From assembly GCA_021741145.1 (NCBI GenBank), contig JAIOYK010000002.1, positions 100,170 to 164,169 of the forward strand: a DNA stretch of 64,000 bases, written 5' to 3'. The translations under genes and the position numbers were made by a program. The stretch is from Rhodospirillum sp. (GTDB lineage: Bacteria > Pseudomonadota > Alphaproteobacteria > Rhodospirillales > Rhodospirillaceae). Below are positions 57,261 through 64,000 of this stretch, in pieces. The notes under the pieces were generated by a model that did not search any database, was not told the origin of the DNA, and saw only the letters and a list, made by a program, of their open reading frames with translations. Numbering within the stretch: position 1 is the stretch's first letter; every line of letters starts with the position of its first letter.

Positions 57261-58265
57261 CTAATCCAGAAGGGCGGCTTCAGCCTCCAACTCCTTGAGC
57301 AGGGGCGCGCGTTCCCGCCATTCGGTGTACCAGTCGTCGATGGCGGTACCGAAGAAGGACCGGTCCACCGAAAGGACGGGAACATCGGTTCCCTTCAGCT
57401 TTGCCAGGTAGTCGGCGTCGATGGCCCCATAGGACCCGATCAAGCTGTCCAGGCGGGCGGAGATGGTCTCCCGGATCATGGTCTGGTCGGCGGGATCGAT
57501 GGAGGCCCAATTGCGGGCGGACCCCACGGCGATCAAGGGGAACATCATGTGGTCGGAGTGGATGATGGTTCCCGCGTGGTCGTAATATTTCGAATTCCAG
57601 GTGCCCTCGAAGTCAATTTGCATGCCGTCGATCTGGCCATTGGCGAAGGCGTCATAAAGGGCGGGGAGGGGCATGGGCGTGGGCGCGGCGCCCAGCTTGA
57701 CCCAAAAATCCAGTTCGGGCTTGAAGGGAACCGTGCGGATCTTCTTTCCGGACAGGTCCTTGCTGTCGGTCACGGTGTCGCGGGTGGCGATTTCCCTCAA
57801 CCCGGCCATGCCGTAGCCAAAGCCGACCAATCCCAATTTGGATACGCTCGCCAACAGCTTTTGGGCGGTGGGACCCGACAGCAGCTTTCGGGCCTGTTCC
57901 GTATTCTTGGCGATATAGGGCGCGAGGAAAATGCCGTACTTGTCATCTCGGTTCGCGAACTCGCCCAGGGTCAGAAAGGCGAAATCCAGGGCACCGCTTT
58001 GCAACTGCCGCATCATTTCCGCTTCCGATCCCAATTGGCCGCTTGGGAAAACGGACAGCGTGATTCGATCCTCGCTTCTGGTTTTCAAGGTGTCGGCCAC
58101 GTCTTGGGCGGCCTTGGTCCATTGGTGGGGCGGTGGGGTGATCAGGCCGATACGGTATTCCTTGGCCTGGGCTGATAAGCCCGTGAAGGCCAAGAGGGGC
58201 AGGGCCAGGACCAGGGTTGGGGCCGAGACCGCGAGACGACGAATGGATCCGCGGAAAAAAGACAT
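57261..58265 (-). CDS. dctP: TRAP transporter substrate-binding protein (DctP family)
   Basis: Signal peptide ...LLAFTGLSAQA, then YRIGLITPP, FPSGQLGSEAEMMRQLQSGALDFA and other typical DctP blocks. Confidence 0.88.
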   Translation of the reverse strand: MSFFRGSIRRLAVSAPTLVLALPLLAFTGLSAQAKEYRIGLITPPPHQWTKAAQDVADTLKTRSEDRITLSVFPSGQLGSEAEMMRQLQSGALDFAFLTLGEFANRDDKYGIFLAPYIAKNTEQARKLLSGPTAQKLLASVSKLGLVGFGYGMAGLREIATRDTVTDSKDLSGKKIRTVPFKPELDFWVKLGAAPTPMPLPALYDAFANGQIDGMQIDFEGTWNSKYYDHAGTIIHSDHMMFPLIAVGSARNWASIDPADQTMIRETISARLDSLIGSYGAIDADYLAKLKGTDVPVLSVDRSFFGTAIDDWYTEWRERAPLLKELEAEAALLD

Positions 58266-58300
58266 GAAGACCTCCTGTTAGCGTGCTTTTTCATTTTGGA

Positions 58301-59563
58301 TTAGGGAAACAAGGACATGAGGTTCGGGAAGAGAACCAAGAGAAGAATCACCACGCCCGCCGAGGCGAGAAAGGGAGCGAGAAGCACCGCGATGCGCTCC
58401 GCTCTGACTCCGCTCATGAGGGAGGCGGCGAACAGTCCCGTGCCGACCGGGGGCGTGAGCAGACCCACCGACAGGTTGAGGCACAGGATCACGCCGAAGT
58501 GGATGGGATCGATGCCGTAGACCGAGGTCGCGACGGGCATCAGGACCGGCACGATGAGGATCAAGGCCGGGATGGGATCAAGCACCATGCCAACGATCAG
58601 CAGCAATCCATTGAGGATCAGAAGGAAGAGGGTGGGATCGCTGGTCAGGGCCTGAAGCCAGTCCGCCACGGCTTGGGGAATGTTCTCAAAGGTGATGGCC
58701 CAACTGAAAACCCCGGCCGCGGCGATGATGAACAACACCGCGGCCGAGTTGCGCGCCGCGCGGACGAATGCCGGGAACAAATGGCGGAATTCCAGGTCCT
58801 TGTAGACGTATTTGCCCACCAGGATCGAAATCACCGCCGCCAGCGCCGCGGCTTCCGTCGGGGTCGCCAGCCCACCGAGGATCCCGCCGACGATGGTCAG
58901 GGGGATCAAACCCGCTGGCAGGGCATCGCGGAGCGCGGAGACCCTTTCCCTCGGCGCCATGGGAGCCGTTTTTGGAAAGCCATGGATCCGCCCCAGAAGC
59001 GCGAGTACCGCAAGGAAGGAACAGGCCAGGAGAAGACCGGGAACGATGCCCGCGATGAACATGTCGCCGATGGAGATTTGGGCGATCACGCCGAAAATGA
59101 TGAACAGCATGGACGGTGGAATGATGGGGGCGAGCATGCCGCCGGCCGCGGTGATGGCGATGGAAAGATCCCGGGGATACCCGGCGCGCTCCATCTCGGG
59201 AACCGATAGGCGGCTCATGACGACGATCTGGGCGACGGTTGACCCAAGGATCGAGGCCATCATGACATTGGCCATCAGGTTCACATAGGCCAACCCCCCC
59301 CGAATGGACCCGATAAGGGCGAGGGCGACGGTCATCAGGCGCCGTCCGATCCCTCCGTCGTTCATGAGTTCGCCGAGAAGGATGAACATGGGGAGAGCCA
59401 TCAAGCCGTAATTCTCCAACCCGCCGAAGAACTGGCCAGGGAAGGAGAGAAACAGGGCTTCGTTTCCGCTGTTGGCCACCTGGATCAGACCGGCGCCCGC
59501 CAGGGCGATGGCGATGGGAAGGCCAAGGATGAGCAGGATCGAGAAGGAGGCGAGGACGATCAT
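58301..59563 (-). CDS. dctM: TRAP transporter large permease (DctM family)
   Basis: MIVLASFSILLILGLPIAIALAG, LMALPMFILLGELM and 420 aa of polytopic sequence. The track ORF is trimmed to the ATG at 59563, which overlaps the dctQ stop (ATGA). Confidence 0.9.
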   Translation of the reverse strand: MIVLASFSILLILGLPIAIALAGAGLIQVANSGNEALFLSFPGQFFGGLENYGLMALPMFILLGELMNDGGIGRRLMTVALALIGSIRGGLAYVNLMANVMMASILGSTVAQIVVMSRLSVPEMERAGYPRDLSIAITAAGGMLAPIIPPSMLFIIFGVIAQISIGDMFIAGIVPGLLLACSFLAVLALLGRIHGFPKTAPMAPRERVSALRDALPAGLIPLTIVGGILGGLATPTEAAALAAVISILVGKYVYKDLEFRHLFPAFVRAARNSAAVLFIIAAAGVFSWAITFENIPQAVADWLQALTSDPTLFLLILNGLLLIVGMVLDPIPALILIVPVLMPVATSVYGIDPIHFGVILCLNLSVGLLTPPVGTGLFAASLMSGVRAERIAVLLAPFLASAGVVILLLVLFPNLMSLFP

Positions 59564-60123
59564 GGCCTGCCCCCGCCGTGGCGAAGCGCGCCAAGGCTGC
59601 CCGTCAGGTTGCGGAGACCATGGCAGAACGAGGTCAGGCAAAAGGCGGGCAGGATCAGCCAGGTCCAGATTTTTCGGACACCCAGGGTGGTGGTCGGTTC
59701 CTGGTAAATGAAGTTGAAGTCCATCAAACTGAAGGCATCCAAGTCCGGCGCCATCCAAGCGGTGATCGGATCGAACCAGCGCCAGACAAGAACCGCCAGC
59801 ACCAGGATGAAGGCCAGCGTAAGGCCGTCGATTATCGCCATGGCCAACCGTCCGGCGGACCCCTTCAGGGCGTCGGACAGCAGGGTCATGGCGATATGGC
59901 CCCGATGGTGGAGCCCGAGGGAGGCTCCCACCAAGGCCATCCAAACCATCGTGAAAATGGCCAGTTCATCGACCCAGAGCAGGGGCGCGCCCGCGGCGCG
60001 TGTGATGACGTTGAGCAGAAGCAAGCCAAGCAAAAGGACGCAGAGCATCCCCGCGGCAAGGGATTCACCCTTGGCCAGAACGCGGCTGAGGGTCTCGAGT
60101 GGGGGATCCGTGGCGGTGGCCAT
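59560..60123 (-). CDS. dctQ: TRAP transporter small permease (DctQ family)
   Basis: 187 aa with four hydrophobic helices, WVDELAIFTMVWMALVGASLG, and a position directly upstream of dctM. Confidence 0.8.
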   Translation of the reverse strand: MATATDPPLETLSRVLAKGESLAAGMLCVLLLGLLLLNVITRAAGAPLLWVDELAIFTMVWMALVGASLGLHHRGHIAMTLLSDALKGSAGRLAMAIIDGLTLAFILVLAVLVWRWFDPITAWMAPDLDAFSLMDFNFIYQEPTTTLGVRKIWTWLILPAFCLTSFCHGLRNLTGSLGALRHGGGRP

Positions 60124-60197
60124 GGTGGGTACCTCGTCTCCGGACAGAGTCCGGGCATCAAGGGAAGGGTAGGGTCGGATGGAAAAGGCCGAGGGAC

Positions 60198-61058
60198 TCA
60201 GCGCCTGAATTCGAGAATATCCGGCTTGGCTCCGAACAGGCAGAAGGACTCGTTTTCCATGGCGAACTGACGGGGTCGATAGTCGCCATCCCCCTCGATC
60301 ACCATGCGGTCGCTGGTGGAGTATTCGAATGTGAACCCGTCGTGCCCCTCGAAGTAGAGGAAATACCCGCCCGAGGTGGCATGGCGACCGGGGCCGAAGA
60401 CAATGCGAACCTGCTTATCCTGAAGGAAATAGGCGGCCTTCAGCAGGTCGTCGATGCTCTCCACCTGGTGGTTGATATGTTGGACGCCGGGCTTGGTGGT
60501 GGGGAACAGGGCGATTTGGTGATGGCGGGGGTTGATGCGCATCAGAGGCGCCGGGCCGATCCAGTCGGAGATCCGCGCGTTAAAGTGGGTGAGCCAGAAC
60601 TCCTGATCCCGCTTCGGATCGGTGGTGTTCATGCCAACGTGACCCAGACCGGTAATGCCCGTGGGCCGGTTGGGGTGGTAGGGGCGATTGGCCTCGAAGG
60701 GGCGCACCACCACCTCATAGCGGTTGCCCGTGGGATCGATGAACCAGACGAAGTCGTGGACGAACCGATCCGCGGCTTCCTCCGACGTCCCCCGACCACA
60801 GGGAATCGCCGCGGCCTCCAATTCGGCCTGGGCGGCGTCCAGGGCCGACCAATCCTTGAGTTCGAAGGCCACGGTGCTTTCCGACGGATCCCCGAGGAAA
60901 TAGGACAGGGAATGGTGGCGCCAATCGGCGCGGAGGTACAGCCGGTCCTCCCCGCGCAGGATGGGTTGGAGACCGAGGATGTCGGCGCCAAACCGTTCCG
61001 CGCCGTCCAGATCGCGGGTGCCGAGGCGCACATTGGCGATATCGCGTAATTCAATCAT
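60198..61058 (-). CDS. two-domain VOC-superfamily extradiol ring-cleavage dioxygenase-like protein
   Basis: A duplicated glyoxalase/VOC module (IANVRLGTRDL...FYADILGL-like, and GLGHVGMNT...). His/Glu metal-ligand contexts are HINHQV and FEYS. The size and layout match type I extradiol dioxygenases. Confidence 0.7.
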   Translation of the reverse strand: MIELRDIANVRLGTRDLDGAERFGADILGLQPILRGEDRLYLRADWRHHSLSYFLGDPSESTVAFELKDWSALDAAQAELEAAAIPCGRGTSEEAADRFVHDFVWFIDPTGNRYEVVVRPFEANRPYHPNRPTGITGLGHVGMNTTDPKRDQEFWLTHFNARISDWIGPAPLMRINPRHHQIALFPTTKPGVQHINHQVESIDDLLKAAYFLQDKQVRIVFGPGRHATSGGYFLYFEGHDGFTFEYSTSDRMVIEGDGDYRPRQFAMENESFCLFGAKPDILEFRR

Positions 61059-61250
61059 GGATTGTTGTCCTCCCAGGACCCTGTGACGTGTTGGTTCCGG
61101 CGCTTTGTCGCCCCGTGTTGCGAAGGATTAGAAGTTCCGTAAATCGAGAAGTCAACATTTTATCGATAAAAATATATTTCCTCGATAATGGGGTGATCGT
61201 GCTATGAATGGGGAGGTGCAAGTGGATGAGAGAGGCGGCAAGGTTCGCGC

Positions 61251-61928
61251 ATGACATTGGTCGAGACGGTTTACGAGGCGATACGCGAAGGGATTGTCCT
61301 GGGACGGTATGCGCCGGAATCCCGCCTGAAAGTCGAGCCCATGAAGGCCGAGTTCGGCGTGAGTGGAACCATTGTGCGCGAGGCCCTGAATCGGCTGATT
61401 TTCGAGGGTCTGGTGATCGCCAACGGACGTCGGGGGTTTTCCGTGGCGCCCTTTTCAGCGGAGGATCTGGCCGATATCATCCGGGCCCGCCTCTTGATCG
61501 AGGTGGAGGTGGTTCGGCTGTCCGTGGCCCATGGGACCGAGGACTGGGAGGTGGCGCTGGTGGGCGCCCACCATGGCCTGACCCGGCGGGAGGCCACCGT
61601 TGATATCGCCGATGAGGCCAGTATCCGGGCGCTGGAGGCGGCGAACCGGGCGTTTCATGATCAATTGGGCGCGGCTTGCCCAAGCCCGACCCTCTTCCAG
61701 TTTTATAGCCAGCTCTTCACCCGGCACTACCGGTACCGTCGGGTGGCTTTGAGGGAAAAGGTCATCTTGCGGGAAGCCAGGGAGGATCACCAGGACCTGT
61801 TGGACGCGGCCTTGGTGCGGAATGTGGAGCGTGTCGCGGATATCACCCGCGCCCATATCGAGCGCACCCAAAGGTTTTCGGATCAGTTGATCACCGCATT
61901 TGATCGGGCCGTTCCGGCGACCGACTAG
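61251..61928 (+). CDS. GntR-family transcriptional regulator (FadR/FCD subfamily)
   Basis: The winged-HTH is VYEAIREGIVLGRYAPESRLKVEPMKAEFGVSGTIVREALNRLIFEGLV. An all-helical C-terminal FCD-like domain follows. The gene is divergent from the dioxygenase-TRAP operon. Confidence 0.85.
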   Translation: MTLVETVYEAIREGIVLGRYAPESRLKVEPMKAEFGVSGTIVREALNRLIFEGLVIANGRRGFSVAPFSAEDLADIIRARLLIEVEVVRLSVAHGTEDWEVALVGAHHGLTRREATVDIADEASIRALEAANRAFHDQLGAACPSPTLFQFYSQLFTRHYRYRRVALREKVILREAREDHQDLLDAALVRNVERVADITRAHIERTQRFSDQLITAFDRAVPATD

Positions 61929-61934
61929 GGGAAA

Positions 61935-63950
61935 TCAGGTGTTTCCCATGCCGTTGTCGTCCGGGCTCCAATTGGCCAGGGCGACACGGGCCGCCTCCTC
62001 GCCGATGGCGGCGATGGCTCGGGCTTTTCCATAGGCGATCAGGGGAAATTGGGAGACCGGAGGCTCCAGGTAGAGGTCGGCCAAACCCTTGGTGCGATCC
62101 CGGTGGGCGATGCCGCCGACGATGCCTGCCCGGACCAGGATTTCCGGCAGGGTCGGCAGGAGCGATTGGCGGCGGAAGATCATGCGGAACAGGGCGTCGA
62201 GCCCAGACAATCGGCGCAGGGTCGGATCCACCGCCAATTCCTGGCGGGGGTTTACGTCCGCGGCGATGACGGTACCTTTGCCCACCCGGTCGCGCATGAC
62301 ATCGACGGGGACGTTGTTCAGGATCGCGCCGTCGACGAGAAGGTGACCGTCGATCAGGGTGGGCGGAAAGATGCCCGCGGGGGAATTGCTGGCCCGGACG
62401 CCCAGGTGCAAGGGGCCACTGTCCAGAACCCGGGTTTCGGCCGTGGTCAAGTCGCAAGCCACGGTGAAGAAGGGGATCCACAGGTCCTCGAAATCCAATC
62501 CTCCGCAGAGCTCCTCGGTGGCCCGGGCATAACGCTTGCCGACAAGCAAGGACACAATGGGCAGGGTCGGAAAGTCCCCGTTGTGGGCGAAGGTCACCGT
62601 TCGGGTCAGAATGGTTTCCAGGTCATCGCCCCGGGCGAACTGGGCACCGAGCAGGGCGCCCATGCTGTTGCCCCCAACCACGTCCACGTCGATGCCCTTT
62701 TCCTGGAGGACTCGCAGCAGGCCCAGGTGGGCGAACCCCCGGGCTCCCCCACCGCCGAGAACCACTCCCCGGGCCCGGCCGACCAAACTTCGAGCCACCC
62801 GTCCCGCGTCCGAGGCGACGCCCAGGCGCAGGTGGTGGGGGGTGATGTCCTTCCGCCCCTTGCGCCAGTCCGCGGCGCGACGCGGCTTTGGCGCGTCGGC
62901 GGGGTGGAGGACCAGCAGGCCGTGGCCCTTCATGGACAGGGTCCGGTCCTGGATCTGTCGGATCTCGATGGGCCGAAGCGCGCTGTCGTCTTCCCATTCG
63001 GCGACAAAAAGGATGTGATCGGCCTGCCGGAGGCAGCGATCTTTCCAGGGGCCTTCCATCTCGTCGGCGATATACAGCAGCAGGTCGACCGATTGCTCGA
63101 TGGCGTTGAAATGGGCCGTTTCGACGCCTTTGCCAAACTCGGCCATGGCCTCGCTGTCCTCGCGGGTCAGGGTGCCGATCCGGCCCAGGAAGGAGAAGGC
63201 CGGAGAGAGCTCCCGGGCGGCCACCATGGCGAGGGCGGGATCTCCCAGGGAGACCAGGGCGAGCGTGGAGGGGCGGGTGCCGCCCCTCTCGTTCGATGGC
63301 TTGCTCAAGTGGTCGCGGATCGCCTTGCTGAAGATCCGGTTCATCTCCAGGGGATGGGTGGTCAGCAGCGCCTCGTAGGTTGCCTTGTCCATGACCAGGG
63401 TCTCGCAGTCGCGCACCGCGGTCAGGTCCGCGCCGCGGACATCCCCCAGGATCACGCCCATTTCGCCGACCGTCGTGCCGGGGCCGATGGGCGGGAAGAC
63501 CACGACCCGTCCGGACGGGTCGGTCACGGAGGCCCGGACCATGCCTGAAACCAGGATCAGCAGGTGGTCCGACGCATCCCCCTGGACGAAAATCCGCTCT
63601 CCCCCGGCTTGGATACGCACAGACAACTGGGTTTCCAAGTCGCTCAGCAGGGCTTCCGACGCGTCCCGGAACACGGACCTGCGGCGCAGCATGGAGGAAA
63701 TCCGGCTTTGTAGGGCGCAGGCCTCCGCGTGATCGCCATGGGTCCGAAAGGCGCCCGGCGCGACCTGATAGGCCCGGCGCAGGGTTAGGCCATCAATGGC
63801 GAGGAGGGGACGATCCACCGGGAGGATCATCCCTTCAGGCCATGTCGCGTCGCTTCGGATGTCGTGGGGGGCAAGGGCCTGGAACGCCGGGCTCTCTCCG
63901 GAGGGGCGGCGGGGGGCGAAGAGGAGCCCGTCGCGGGTGGAGAGATCCAC
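61935..63950 (-). CDS. cyclic-nucleotide-binding domain plus patatin-like phospholipase (NTE/RssA-like)
   Basis: The cNMP-binding part is FVQGDASDHLLILVSGMV...GEMGVILGDVRGADLTAV. The patatin part has VVLGGGGARGFAHLG (oxyanion GGxR) and GNSMGA (GxSxG), with a later DG dyad context. The true N-terminus may lie nearer the window edge. Confidence 0.8.
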   Translation of the reverse strand: MDLSTRDGLLFAPRRPSGESPAFQALAPHDIRSDATWPEGMILPVDRPLLAIDGLTLRRAYQVAPGAFRTHGDHAEACALQSRISSMLRRRSVFRDASEALLSDLETQLSVRIQAGGERIFVQGDASDHLLILVSGMVRASVTDPSGRVVVFPPIGPGTTVGEMGVILGDVRGADLTAVRDCETLVMDKATYEALLTTHPLEMNRIFSKAIRDHLSKPSNERGGTRPSTLALVSLGDPALAMVAARELSPAFSFLGRIGTLTREDSEAMAEFGKGVETAHFNAIEQSVDLLLYIADEMEGPWKDRCLRQADHILFVAEWEDDSALRPIEIRQIQDRTLSMKGHGLLVLHPADAPKPRRAADWRKGRKDITPHHLRLGVASDAGRVARSLVGRARGVVLGGGGARGFAHLGLLRVLQEKGIDVDVVGGNSMGALLGAQFARGDDLETILTRTVTFAHNGDFPTLPIVSLLVGKRYARATEELCGGLDFEDLWIPFFTVACDLTTAETRVLDSGPLHLGVRASNSPAGIFPPTLIDGHLLVDGAILNNVPVDVMRDRVGKGTVIAADVNPRQELAVDPTLRRLSGLDALFRMIFRRQSLLPTLPEILVRAGIVGGIAHRDRTKGLADLYLEPPVSQFPLIAYGKARAIAAIGEEAARVALANWSPDDNGMGNT

Positions 63951-64000
63951 CGCGGGTCCGTCGAGGACCCGGATCTGCTCGAGGAGGACCTCCCACGCTT

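Noticed and set aside
61059-61250. GntR operator in the divergent spacer, suggested by the palindrome TTATCGATAA near 61161-61170 and the repeated ATCGA(G/T)A.
   Set aside because: It does not match the T.GT-n-AC.A type FadR/GntR consensus well enough to call by eye. The AT-rich spacer surely holds promoters, but I cannot place them.

Overview
High-G+C (judged by eye, not computed) alphaproteobacterial-type chromosomal segment (MipZ, TRAP transporter, GntR regulator) dominated by surface-glycan genes. All family calls rest on motifs read from the supplied translations.

- **1-11.6 kb, sugar-modification and nonulosonic-acid block:** SDR fragment, GDP-mannose 4,6-dehydratase, a divergent GT-B-like protein, a cytidylyltransferase-methyltransferase fusion, an unknown protein, a lower-GC methyltransferase, a 630-bp hairpin-dense convergent gap, a KdsC-type phosphatase, an animal-NANS-like nonulosonate-9-phosphate synthase, a GT2 and a CBM-glycanase.
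- **11.7-28.3 kb, Wzx/Wzy-type exopolysaccharide locus:** Wzc-like co-polymerase/ATPase, an Alg44-like PilZ-membrane-fusion protein, a GT26, a Sel1-repeat protein, Wza, Wzx, Wzy, VanZ, a GT2, an SDR-Gfo/Idh/MocA fusion, a GT-A-like unknown and the priming phosphoglycosyltransferase.
- **28.6-40.4 kb, mixed housekeeping:** Hpt protein, threonine-phosphate decarboxylase, acyl-CoA synthetase, a GH114-like protein, an FAD oxidoreductase, DUF3179, YhhQ, a molybdopterin oxidoreductase and MipZ.
- **40.4-48.8 kb, sugar-nucleotide supply:** UXS, GalU, Ugd, Pgm and PMM/PGM, interrupted by a VWA plus J-domain gene pair.
- **49.0-55.3 kb, second glycan locus:** two more O-antigen-ligase/Wzy_C-like membrane proteins and an 856-aa GT-B fusion.
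- **55.4-64 kb, catabolic block:** AcuI/YhdH reductase, class II aldolase, TRAP DctPQM, extradiol dioxygenase, GntR regulator and a cNMP-patatin protein.

I recognised no rRNA, tRNA, CRISPR array, transposase or integrase.

Best candidates for something undescribed:
1. The c-di-GMP (PilZ) Alg44-like and Sel1 proteins sit inside a Wzx/Wzy locus whose Wzc lacks a tyrosine cluster.
2. An uncharacterised GPWxxEVGFExLYWIP domain is present twice, at 3746-5092 and about 54300-55283.
3. The 630-bp structured convergent spacer at 6436-7066.

Many long track ORFs are antisense artefacts of high G+C and were rejected.
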